A stretch of 64,000 bases of DNA, taken from Acidimicrobiales bacterium (GTDB taxonomy: Bacteria > Actinomycetota > Acidimicrobiia > Acidimicrobiales > AC-9). Shown in pieces: positions 16,783 through 25,488 of the stretch. The stretch is taken from assembly GCA_036270875.1 (NCBI GenBank), contig DATBBR010000051.1, positions 8,582-72,581 of the forward strand, given 5' to 3'. The position numbers and the translations under genes are program-made. Below the pieces are notes generated by a model, which was not told the origin of the DNA, did no database searches, and worked only from the letters and a program-made list of their open reading frames with translations. Position 1 is the first letter of the stretch; every line of letters starts with the position of its first letter.

Positions 16783-18189
16783 CTAGTCGTCGAGAGGGCA
16801 GCTGGTCGCGGTGCGCCCGGTGAGAAGGTCGTCAGCGAGGCGCCGCGCGCCCAGTGCAACCAAGGCCGCGCCGGCCACGGTCAGCACGATCCACGCGCTG
16901 CCGATGCCCCCGAAGAACGCCACCGGCGAGGTGCCGACGGTCCCGGTCGGCTGGGTCTGTCCGCCGTTGCCGCCCGATGGGCCCGCCGCGGGCGCGGCGC
17001 CGGCGAGCGGGGTGGAGCCGGCCAGGTCCGACGAGCCCGCTCCGCCGGTGTCGCTGCCTGTCGCCGCCGCCGCTCCGGTCCCTGCGCCGGTGTCGGTCCC
17101 TGCCGTGCCGGCGTCGGTCGTGGCGCCGCTCTGGAAGGTCGGCGTGGCGTTGACCGCTACCCGAGCGCCCCCGAGGGTCACGGTGAAGACGTTCTGGTTG
17201 GGATTGCTGGGTGGGATCCAGGTGAACACCAGCGAGCCCGCCGTGTAGCTCGCGGTGGCCCCACCTGTCTGGCTCTGGGGCGCGCCGACGAAGGTCTTCA
17301 TGCCGAAGCCGGCGAGCGCCTGGTTGAGGATCTGGTCGGCCGCCGCGTTGGCCGGCTGGCCGGCCGCGCCGGCGTGCACGCCGGTCTGGTCGAAGTAGGC
17401 CCGCTGGCCGCCGATGGTCATGTCCGCCACCGTCGTGCCGCCGCTCGTCGTCGACTTGCTGCCGTCGCTGACGGCCTGGGCCGTGCTGGAGACCGAGGCG
17501 ATCTTCACCGCCCCGCCGGCCAGAACGATGTTGTCGACCGTGCTGCTGGCGACGGCCTTGGCCTGGTTGTTGGTCAGCGTGCTGGCGCTGTCGGAGCGCA
17601 TGGTGCCGTAGGTGGCTCCGCCGGGCTGGTCCGCCCCCTTCAGCTGGGCCAGACCCTCGACCCGGTTGGCGTCGGCGTGGGCCGTGAGATCGGCCGCCGG
17701 CACCTGGTTGTAGCTGGCGTCGGGGCTCGTGCCTGTGCGGGCCTCGGCCCGGATCGGATAGTCGAGGAGCGAGGCCTCGCCCTTGACCAGCCCCGTCACG
17801 GCGTCGGGCACCGGGACCACGGCGCCCGCGGGACCGGGGAACAGCAGCGACACGAGCTGGCCTCCGTTGGCGCCGGTGGCGCCGGGCCAGGCCACGGTGG
17901 ACAAGGCGTAGCCCACCGGCCCCGACGACAGGAGCGACGAGGTCTCGGGGACCGCCCCCTGGGCCTCCGGATGGGCCTGGGCGCTGGGCTCGTCCTCGGT
18001 GACCTCGACACCCGGCGCCGTGGCCGTGATCGAGTACCCGCCGAACGCGGACGTTCCCGACTGGTCGGCGTGGGCCGTGAGCGTGGTGGCCAGGCCCACC
18101 CCGCCGGTGGCGACGAGGACGAGACCGGCTGCGAGCATCGACCGCCCCCGCCGCCGTCTGAGGGCCCCCTTCACGCTCACGCCGCTCAT
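16783..18189 (-). CDS. Secreted beta-rich protein with C-terminal membrane anchor, unknown function
   Basis: RRRRGR plus hydrophobic signal ending AHA, Gly/Ala/Thr-rich beta segments and linker, C-terminal TM (WIVLTVAGAALVALG) followed by RR; start 18189 or 18204. Confidence 0.7.
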   Translation of the reverse strand: MSGVSVKGALRRRRGRSMLAAGLVLVATGGVGLATTLTAHADQSGTSAFGGYSITATAPGVEVTEDEPSAQAHPEAQGAVPETSSLLSSGPVGYALSTVAWPGATGANGGQLVSLLFPGPAGAVVPVPDAVTGLVKGEASLLDYPIRAEARTGTSPDASYNQVPAADLTAHADANRVEGLAQLKGADQPGGATYGTMRSDSASTLTNNQAKAVASSTVDNIVLAGGAVKIASVSSTAQAVSDGSKSTTSGGTTVADMTIGGQRAYFDQTGVHAGAAGQPANAAADQILNQALAGFGMKTFVGAPQSQTGGATASYTAGSLVFTWIPPSNPNQNVFTVTLGGARVAVNATPTFQSGATTDAGTAGTDTGAGTGAAAATGSDTGGAGSSDLAGSTPLAGAAPAAGPSGGNGGQTQPTGTVGTSPVAFFGGIGSAWIVLTVAGAALVALGARRLADDLLTGRTATSCPLDD

Positions 18190-18200
18190 GCCGCCTCTCC

Positions 18201-18911
18201 TCATGCCACCTCCCCGAAGTAGGCGCCGGAGACGGCGTCGGTCACATCCGCCGGCTCCCCGACACGGGTGATCCGCCCCTGGGCCATCACGGCGGCGAAG
18301 TCGGCCACCGCCATGGCGGTACGGGCGAACTGCTCGACCAGCAGGATGGCGATCCCGTCGGCCGCCAGCTGACCGACCAGGTCGTACAGCTCGGCCACGA
18401 TGCGCGGCGCCAGGCCCATCGAGATCTCGTCCAGCAGCAGGAGTGCGGGGTCGGTCGTGACCGCCCGGGCCATGGCCAGCATCTGCTGCTCACCTCCCGA
18501 CAGCGTGCCTGCCAGCTGGTGACGGCGTTCCCCGAGGCGGGGAAAGCGTGAGAAGGCCCGCTCCTCGACGTCCTTGGGCCGCAGGTCGTTGCGGAACGTC
18601 ATCATCCGCAGGTTCTCGGTCACGGTGAGGTTGGCGAACACGCCGCGGCCCTCGGGGATGGTGCACACGCCATGGCGGGCGAGGGCCTCCGGCGACGCCC
18701 CGTTCACGTGCACCCCGGCGATGTGCACGCAGCCCGCGGTGGGCTCCATCTGGCAGCCCGCCACCTTGAGGAGGGTGGTCTTGCCTGCGCCGTTGGGCCC
18801 GAGGAGGGCGAACACCGACGAGCGAGGGACCACGACGTCCACGCCGTGCACGACCTCGATGCGGCCGTAGGCGGCTCGGATATCGCGCAGCTCGAGGGCG
18901 GGGGCCGTCAT
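18201..18911 (-). CDS. ABC transporter ATP-binding subunit, LivF-like
   Basis: Walker A GPNGAGKT, signature LSGGEQQ, Walker B LLLLDE; ATG 18911 overlaps the upstream stop. Confidence 0.92.
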   Translation of the reverse strand: MTAPALELRDIRAAYGRIEVVHGVDVVVPRSSVFALLGPNGAGKTTLLKVAGCQMEPTAGCVHIAGVHVNGASPEALARHGVCTIPEGRGVFANLTVTENLRMMTFRNDLRPKDVEERAFSRFPRLGERRHQLAGTLSGGEQQMLAMARAVTTDPALLLLDEISMGLAPRIVAELYDLVGQLAADGIAILLVEQFARTAMAVADFAAVMAQGRITRVGEPADVTDAVSGAYFGEVA

Positions 18912-19681
18912 CTGGCTCCCACCTCCTCCTCGACGTCGTCGAGCTCGCCCGTGGCCTCGTCGCCTGCACCGAGGTACGCCGCCTGGACGGCAGGATCCCG
19001 CTGCACCTCGGCCGGAGTGCCTTCGGCGATGAGCCGGCCGAAGTCGAGCACGTTCACCCGGTCGCACACCCGCATGACGAGCTCCACGTCGTGCTCCACG
19101 AGCAGCACGGCCATTCCCTCAGCGGCCAGGTCGAGCAGCAGGTTGCCGAGCACACCCGTCTCCTGGTGGTCGAGGCCCGAGCCGGGTTCGTCGAGCAGGA
19201 GCAGCGTCGGCCGGGTGGCGAGCGCCCGCGCCAGCTCGACCAGGCGGGCGGTGCCGGTCGGTAGGGCGTCGACGCGGGCGTCGGCCACACCGGTCAGGCC
19301 GATGCGGCCGATGAGCTCGTCGGCCACGGCGGACGGGTTCGAGCGATCGCGAGCCCATCCCTTTCGTATCTCGGCGGCCACCTGGATGTTGTCCCGCACG
19401 CTGAGCGAGCCGAATGTCTCGAGGCGCTGGAAGGTCCGCGCCATGCCCCGCCGGGCTCGGGCGTGGGCCTTCAGTCGGGTGATGTCCTTGCCGTCGAGCA
19501 GGACCTTGCCCTCCGTCGGCTGTTGGAGCCCGCCGAGGACGTTGAAGATCGTCGTCTTCCCCGCCCCGTTGGGACCGATCAGGCCGGTGATGGCTGCGGC
19601 CTCGATCGACAGGTCGACGCTGTCCACGGCGACGACCCCGCCGAAGCGCACGCTGACCCGTTCAGCCTGCAACGCCGGCAA
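18908..19681 (-). CDS. ABC transporter ATP-binding subunit, LivG-like
   Basis: VRFGGVVAVD, GPNGAGKT, ARTFQ, LPTG and LLLDEP; TTG 19681 follows an AGGAGG SD. Confidence 0.92.
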   Translation of the reverse strand: MPALQAERVSVRFGGVVAVDSVDLSIEAAAITGLIGPNGAGKTTIFNVLGGLQQPTEGKVLLDGKDITRLKAHARARRGMARTFQRLETFGSLSVRDNIQVAAEIRKGWARDRSNPSAVADELIGRIGLTGVADARVDALPTGTARLVELARALATRPTLLLLDEPGSGLDHQETGVLGNLLLDLAAEGMAVLLVEHDVELVMRVCDRVNVLDFGRLIAEGTPAEVQRDPAVQAAYLGAGDEATGELDDVEEEVGAR

Positions 19682-21608
19682 GGCTCCCCTCCTCTTCGGT
19701 GGGCTGGCCTTCCGGATCGGCATCTTCCTTGTCAGCCGCCGGCAGCGGTGTCGCGCTGCGAGCCGACCACCACCTCCGCAGCGCGGCGCCTGCGGGCGCC
19801 AGCTTGCTCATGGTGCCGTCGGGGTTCCAGGCAAGGCTCAGGGCGCCGAGACCGACGGCAAGGAACTGCAGGCTGTGGATGCTCGTGACGTGGGCCTGGA
19901 TGACCGGGAACAGGGCATAGGTGATCCCGGCGAGGAGCACACCTGTCACCGAGTCGAGGCCCCAGATCGCCAGCAGCAACAGTAGGGAGAGGCTGGCGAG
20001 CGTCTGGAAGTCGTTGCTGCCCACCGACCCGCGCAGGCCGCCGTAGAGCACGCCGGCGAGCCCCGCCAGCCCGGCCGACATGGTGAACACCGCCAGCTTC
20101 ATCCAGGTGATGTTCATGCCGAGGGTTGCCGATGCGGCGGGGCTGTCGGACATGGCCGCCAGCCGGCGGCCGAACGACGCCCGCCGCACGGCCAGGACCC
20201 CGACGGCTGCGGCGGCGAAGACGACGGCGCAGGCCATGAAGAATGCCCGGTCGCTCTGGAGCGAGAGCCCGGGCAGGTGGAGGCGGTCCACGGGCAGGGC
20301 CCCGCCCTGGCCGAACACGTTGTTGTTGTCGAAGAAGACATAGACCATGGCTTGGGCGAAGGCGAAGGTGGCCAGAGCCAGGTAGAGGCCCTTCAGTCGC
20401 AGGGCAGGCAGCGCCACGAGCGCACCGACGGCGGCCGACAGGCCCACCGCGGCAACCACACCGAGCAGCGAGCCCCCGTGGCCAAGCTTGCCCATGGCGA
20501 AGGCCCCGAAGCCCACGAAGGTGAGCTGGCAGGCCGAGATCTGTCCCCCGTAGCCGGTGAGCATCAACAGCGACAGCAGGACCAGGGCCAGCACCAGGCC
20601 CTCTCCGCCGGTGATCAGGTTCGTCAGGGACAGCTGCCCCGACACGATCCAGGCGGCCACGGCGAAGACCGCCGCCGCCACCAGGGTCGTTCGCAGCGTC
20701 GGCACTCGCGTCCTGTGCCGACCCGCCGCCCGTCCCACCCGCAGGCGGTCCTGGGGTTGGAGCAGCAGGATCACGAACAGGAAGATGATCGGCAACGTCG
20801 GGCGGAGCTGGCTGAGAAAGCTCCCGGGCACGTAGCCCACGGCGTAGGACTCGAACAGCCCGAGGAGCAGGCCCCCGCCGAAGGTGAGGGGGAGGCTCCG
20901 AAGGCGGCCGACGATCGCCGCGGCGAAGCCGTTGATGACGAGGAATGTCAGCAGCAGGATGTCGAGCGTCACCAGAGGGGCGAGGAGGATCCCAGCCAAC
21001 GATGCCAGCATGGCGCCGATGGCCCACCCCATGGACCGCACCCGAGCGGGCGGGGCGCCGTTGAGGGCAGCAAGCCCGGGGTCGTCGACGACCGCCCGGA
21101 GCGCGATGCCCGAGCGCGTGCGGAACAGAAAGAGCCGGAGGCCCAGAGCGACGGCCGCGGCGACTATCACAACGATGATCTGGTGGTAGCTCACGACCAC
21201 GCCGAAGAGGCTCACCTGGTGGCCGGCGAAGAACTTGGGGATCGTCCGGGGGAACCCGGGATCCCACCGCGTGTTCGCCAGGCCGAGCAGGAGCAGCATG
21301 AGGCCGAGCGTGATGACCAGCGTGATCACCTCCGGCTTGCCGTGCAGGTTGCGCATCAGCAGCCGGTCGATGAGGACGCCGGTCAAGGGGGCGAGCACGA
21401 ACAGGACGAACAGCAGGGCCAGCGGGACGGGCCAGCCGTCCTTGACCGTGAGCTCCCAGTAGGTGAAGGCGGCAAGCATCCCGATGCCGGCATGGGCGAA
21501 GTTGAAGATTCCCGAGCTGATGTAGGTGACGACCAGTCCCGTGGAGGTGAGGGCGTAGATGCAGCCCACCACGATGCCGACGATGGTGAAGGAGAGGAAG
21601 GTGGTCAC
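19662..21608 (-). CDS. Fused LivH-LivM-type ABC permease
   Basis: 648 aa multi-TM protein with SGIFNFAH (LivH-like) and TGYGGQIS...LRLKGLYLALATFAF (LivM-like) halves. Confidence 0.9.
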   Translation of the reverse strand: MTTFLSFTIVGIVVGCIYALTSTGLVVTYISSGIFNFAHAGIGMLAAFTYWELTVKDGWPVPLALLFVLFVLAPLTGVLIDRLLMRNLHGKPEVITLVITLGLMLLLLGLANTRWDPGFPRTIPKFFAGHQVSLFGVVVSYHQIIVVIVAAAVALGLRLFLFRTRSGIALRAVVDDPGLAALNGAPPARVRSMGWAIGAMLASLAGILLAPLVTLDILLLTFLVINGFAAAIVGRLRSLPLTFGGGLLLGLFESYAVGYVPGSFLSQLRPTLPIIFLFVILLLQPQDRLRVGRAAGRHRTRVPTLRTTLVAAAVFAVAAWIVSGQLSLTNLITGGEGLVLALVLLSLLMLTGYGGQISACQLTFVGFGAFAMGKLGHGGSLLGVVAAVGLSAAVGALVALPALRLKGLYLALATFAFAQAMVYVFFDNNNVFGQGGALPVDRLHLPGLSLQSDRAFFMACAVVFAAAAVGVLAVRRASFGRRLAAMSDSPAASATLGMNITWMKLAVFTMSAGLAGLAGVLYGGLRGSVGSNDFQTLASLSLLLLLAIWGLDSVTGVLLAGITYALFPVIQAHVTSIHSLQFLAVGLGALSLAWNPDGTMSKLAPAGAALRRWWSARSATPLPAADKEDADPEGQPTEEEGSLAGVAG

Positions 21609-21614
21609 GGGCGC

Positions 21615-23081
21615 TCAGCCGCCGAAGTACGAACCATCACACCGGTAGCCGTTGGGCGGGTCGTCGACCCGGGAGAAGTGCCCACCTGAGACCTTGACCA
21701 TCAGGTAGCAGGTCGGCGGCCCCTTGCCGGCCGGGTCGCCGGCGGCGAGGAACCCGTTGGCGTTGAACTGGTGGATGCTCTTGAGGGCGGCCTGCAGCGA
21801 TGGACGCGTGGCGCGGGGACCGGCGGCCTGGAGGGCCTGCACGAAGAGCCGGGCCGACGACCAGCCGTAGGCCGCGAACAGGTCGGCATTGGCGTCGGGG
21901 TGGGTGCGGCGCATCCAGGTCTGGAACAGGCCGACCTCGGGGATCCCACCCGAGTCTTCGCCCAGGTACATGGCGGTGGGCAGATAGACCAGGCTGCCCT
22001 CGCCGGCGCTGCCGACCAGGGGCATATAGGTGGAGTCGTAGGCCGACGCGCCGAGCAGCCACACGTCGGGGTGCCACCCTTGTTGTTGGGCCGCCTGCTG
22101 GATGCGGGCGATGCCCTTCACGTCGGCGGCGATCAGCACCACCGTCTTCACGTTCTTGGACTTCATCTGGACGATGTCGGCCGTGAAATCGGTCTCGGTC
22201 GGCTCGTACTTTCGCTCGTAGGTGAAGTTGTATCCGAGCGACTGCATCGTTGCCTTCTCGCCGACCCAGGCGTCCTTGGCTGACTGCACGTCGCCGACGA
22301 GAGATCCCACCGAGCCGATAGAGCCCGGGTGCGCCCCCTTGACGTATTGGAAGGGTCCCGTGGCGGCGCCCGACTTGAGCGGCGAAGCCGAGAAGCCGTT
22401 GGCCTCGACCTGGGCGTCCTTCGAGAGGGCGACGTGGACGTCGGACATGCCCGGGTTCTGGCCGATGACCTGGGCGCCGCAGTTGTCGTAGAGCGAGAAG
22501 GAGCCGACGAAGGCGAAGGCCTTCGGGACGTCGGACTGGGTCACGGCCTTGTTCTGGCCGCAATCGAACTGGTCGTCGCCGGCGTTGACCTTGAGCTGGC
22601 GCCCAAAGACACCACCCTGGCTGTTCTGGTAGGCGAAGAAGGCATCGGTGCCGTTGACCGCTCCGGCGAAGAGGCCCGGCACCGGGCCGGTGAGGGTCGA
22701 GATGTTGCCCACCGTGATCGAGTTGGGTGTCACGCCGATGTCGGTGGCGCCCCCGTTCCCCCCGGGGGGCAACGTGTTGAGGCCGGCGCCCCCCGCGGCG
22801 CCACCGGCCCCGCCGGCGCCACCGGCCCCGGTCGCGCCCGCCACCCCACCGGCGAGCGGGCCACCGCCGGTGGACGCGGTGCCGGCGCCCCCACCCACGC
22901 CGCCTGCGCCGGCAGACCCCTGGCCCCCCGCGTTCAGTCCCGTCCCCCCGTTCGTCCCGATGGCCTCGGCCAGCTGGCGGGGGCTCAGCCGGGCGCCGCA
23001 GCTGGTCAGCAGCAGCGCAGCGGCGGCGGTGAGGCAGGCGGCCACCCGGCTCGACCGCCCCGACGGCCTCGTGATCCTCAT
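21615..23081 (-). CDS. ABC substrate-binding lipoprotein (Liv/type I periplasmic-binding fold)
   Basis: Lipobox LLLTSC, Gly-rich linker, ATDIGVT...ITVG and GGVFGRQL...DDQ motifs. Confidence 0.88.
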   Translation of the reverse strand: MRITRPSGRSSRVAACLTAAAALLLTSCGARLSPRQLAEAIGTNGGTGLNAGGQGSAGAGGVGGGAGTASTGGGPLAGGVAGATGAGGAGGAGGAAGGAGLNTLPPGGNGGATDIGVTPNSITVGNISTLTGPVPGLFAGAVNGTDAFFAYQNSQGGVFGRQLKVNAGDDQFDCGQNKAVTQSDVPKAFAFVGSFSLYDNCGAQVIGQNPGMSDVHVALSKDAQVEANGFSASPLKSGAATGPFQYVKGAHPGSIGSVGSLVGDVQSAKDAWVGEKATMQSLGYNFTYERKYEPTETDFTADIVQMKSKNVKTVVLIAADVKGIARIQQAAQQQGWHPDVWLLGASAYDSTYMPLVGSAGEGSLVYLPTAMYLGEDSGGIPEVGLFQTWMRRTHPDANADLFAAYGWSSARLFVQALQAAGPRATRPSLQAALKSIHQFNANGFLAAGDPAGKGPPTCYLMVKVSGGHFSRVDDPPNGYRCDGSYFGG

Positions 23082-23317
23082 CCGCTCCCCGCCTCCCGGG
23101 GCAAGCCCCCGATCCGACCGACGATACCATTTGCCCGATTTGAGAAGGTCGGAGGGCGGAGCACCGGGCTGGCTCCCGCACGCCGCCGGACGTGGCTGAC
23201 GACGCGTCAGGAACTTGACCCGGATTGGTTCGACGGGCGCCCCGTGATGCCCTTCCGATTCCGACCGTTTTGTGGGGGTTCGGCGGCTCGTCGTCGCCGT
23301 CGCGCGAGGATGCCTGC

Positions 23318-24112
23318 ATGTCCACCCTGGTCACCTTCCACGCCCACCCCGACGACGAGGCCATCGCCACCGCGGGGGTCATGGCCAAGGCGGCGGCCGA
23401 AGGCCACCGAGTGGTGCTCGTGGCGGCGACGAAGGGCGAGCACGGCGAGGTCGTCGAGGGCGTGCTCCGGGAGGGTGAGCGACTCGCCGATCGCCGCGCC
23501 GTCGAGCTCGAGCAGGCCGCCGCCGTGCTGGGCGCGGCCCGCTGCGAGGTGCTGGGCTACGTCGACTCGGGCATGATGGGCACGCCGGAGAACGATCACC
23601 CGGGGTCCTTCTGGCGGGCTGATCTCGAGGAGGCGGCTGGAAGGCTCGCTGCCATCCTGGCCGAGGAGCGGCCCGACGTGCTCACCGTCTACGACGAGCA
23701 CGGCACCTACGGCCATCCCGACCACATCCAGGTGCACCGGGTCGGCGTGCGGGCCGCGGAGATGGCCGGGGTACCCAAGGTCTACGAGGCCACGATCAGC
23801 CGTGACCACGTGCGCCGGCTGGGGGCCCTGCGGCCGCCCGACGTCGCCGAGGAGGACATGCCCGACGTCGACGCCATTGACCTGGGCGTCCCGGAGGAAG
23901 AGATCACCACCGTCGTCGACGTGACCGCCTACCTGGACAAGAAGCGCGAGGCCATGGCCGTGCACGCCAGCCAGATCCCGGAGTCGTCGTGGTTCCTCTC
24001 GCTGCCGGCTGATGCCTTCGCAGCCGCCTTCGGCCAGGAGTGGTTCATCCTGCGGGGCACGACCCCCGACGGCACGGTCGAGCGCGACCTGTTCGAGGGC
24101 GTCCCGGCCTAG
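23318..24112 (+). CDS. PIG-L family deacetylase (MshB/Mca-like)
   Basis: HAHPDDE, ATKGEHGE, DSGM and YGHPDHI motifs; ATG 23318. Confidence 0.88.
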   Translation: MSTLVTFHAHPDDEAIATAGVMAKAAAEGHRVVLVAATKGEHGEVVEGVLREGERLADRRAVELEQAAAVLGAARCEVLGYVDSGMMGTPENDHPGSFWRADLEEAAGRLAAILAEERPDVLTVYDEHGTYGHPDHIQVHRVGVRAAEMAGVPKVYEATISRDHVRRLGALRPPDVAEEDMPDVDAIDLGVPEEEITTVVDVTAYLDKKREAMAVHASQIPESSWFLSLPADAFAAAFGQEWFILRGTTPDGTVERDLFEGVPA

Positions 24113-24125
24113 GCCGGCCCAGCGA

Positions 24126-25397
24126 CTAGGAGCGGCGGCGGGTCAGATCGGTCGCCTTGGTCATACGGTTCGCTCGCACCTGCCCCGTGCTCCTCGGTGT
24201 GACGTCCACGTCGGCCGCACCGGCTCGGAGGGCTCCGACAGTGGACTCCTCCCGGCGTCGGTGGGCGAAGGGGTCGAAGCGAAAGTGTCGCATGGCGTTG
24301 CGGTAGGTGATGCGGTCGATGTCGTCGTCCTCGACACCGGCCAGCGACTTCATGAGCGTCTCGGGCGACTGGGGCCAGGTCGAGTCGGAGTGCGGGTAGT
24401 CGCACTCCCAGGTGATGGTGTCGACCCCGACGCGGTGCCTGGCCTCCACGCCGGCCGGGTCGTCGATGAAGCAGGTGACGACCCGCTCACGGAAGACCTG
24501 GCTCGGCAGCTGGTCGCCGAAGTCCTGACCGGTCCAGGCGTGGTGGCGCTGGTAGATCCAGTCCATGCGCTCGAGGAAGTACGGGATCCAGCCGATGCCG
24601 CCCTCGGAGAGGGCGAAGCGCAGGGACGGGAACTTTCGGAGGACCGGCGACCACAGCAGGTCGGCCGCGCCCTGCACGATGTTGATCGGCTGGAGGCTGA
24701 TCAACACATCGATGGGGGCGTCCGGCGCCGTGATGACCAGCGACGACGAGGACCCGATGTGCAGGCACACGATCGTGCCCACGTCCGCGCAGGCCGACCA
24801 GAAGGGGTCCCAGTGGTCGCTGTGCAGGCTGGGGAGCTTGAGCTTGGCCGGGTTCTCGGAGAAGGAGACGGCGTGACAGCCCATGGCGTCGACCCGACGC
24901 ACCTCGTCGGCCATGGCCTCGGGGTCCCAGATCGGCGGTATGGCGAGCGGGATGAACCGGCCGGGGTACGTGCCGCACCACTCCTCGATGTGCCAGTCGT
25001 TGTAGGCGCGCAGGACAGCGAGGGAGACGTCGGTATCGCTCGCCCGGGCGAACAGCTGGCCGCACAGGTTGGGAAAGGACGGAAAGCACATCGACCCGAG
25101 CACCCCGTTGGCGTCCATGTCGCGGACCCGACGGTGGATGTCGTAGCAGCCGGGCCGGATCTCCTCGAACGCCGTGGGCTCGACCCCGTACTCCTCGGGC
25201 GGCCGCCCTGCCACCGCGTTCAGCCCGATGTTGGTGGCTTCCTTGCCGTCGTAGACCCAGGCATTGGCGCCATCGTCCTTGCGCACGACCCGGGGCGCGA
25301 GCTCGGCCAGCCGCCCCGGGAGCCGGCCCTCGAACATGGTCGGCGGCTCCACCACGTGATCGTCGACGCTCACGAGGATCAGGTCTTCGGTCTGCAT
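24126..25397 (-). CDS. Amidohydrolase (Amidohydro_2 family)
   Basis: ISVDDHVVEP, RAYNDW, CLHIG, LSEGGIGW and WECDYPHSD. Confidence 0.9.
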   Translation of the reverse strand: MQTEDLILVSVDDHVVEPPTMFEGRLPGRLAELAPRVVRKDDGANAWVYDGKEATNIGLNAVAGRPPEEYGVEPTAFEEIRPGCYDIHRRVRDMDANGVLGSMCFPSFPNLCGQLFARASDTDVSLAVLRAYNDWHIEEWCGTYPGRFIPLAIPPIWDPEAMADEVRRVDAMGCHAVSFSENPAKLKLPSLHSDHWDPFWSACADVGTIVCLHIGSSSSLVITAPDAPIDVLISLQPINIVQGAADLLWSPVLRKFPSLRFALSEGGIGWIPYFLERMDWIYQRHHAWTGQDFGDQLPSQVFRERVVTCFIDDPAGVEARHRVGVDTITWECDYPHSDSTWPQSPETLMKSLAGVEDDDIDRITYRNAMRHFRFDPFAHRRREESTVGALRAGAADVDVTPRSTGQVRANRMTKATDLTRRRS

Positions 25398-25488
25398 GGG
25401 CCGTGCCCTCCCACGTGGTCACACCACCTGACGCTGGCGTCACCCTAGCCGGGGCGGGCGCCCGGGGTCCGCCCTAAGCTGCGCCGCC

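Noticed and set aside
22780-22940. Gly/Ala-rich repetitive DNA in the binding lipoprotein (and similar stretches at 17000-17130 and 170-230)
   Set aside because: Ordinary low-complexity linkers of secreted or anchored proteins; no regular repeat-spacer structure, so not CRISPR.
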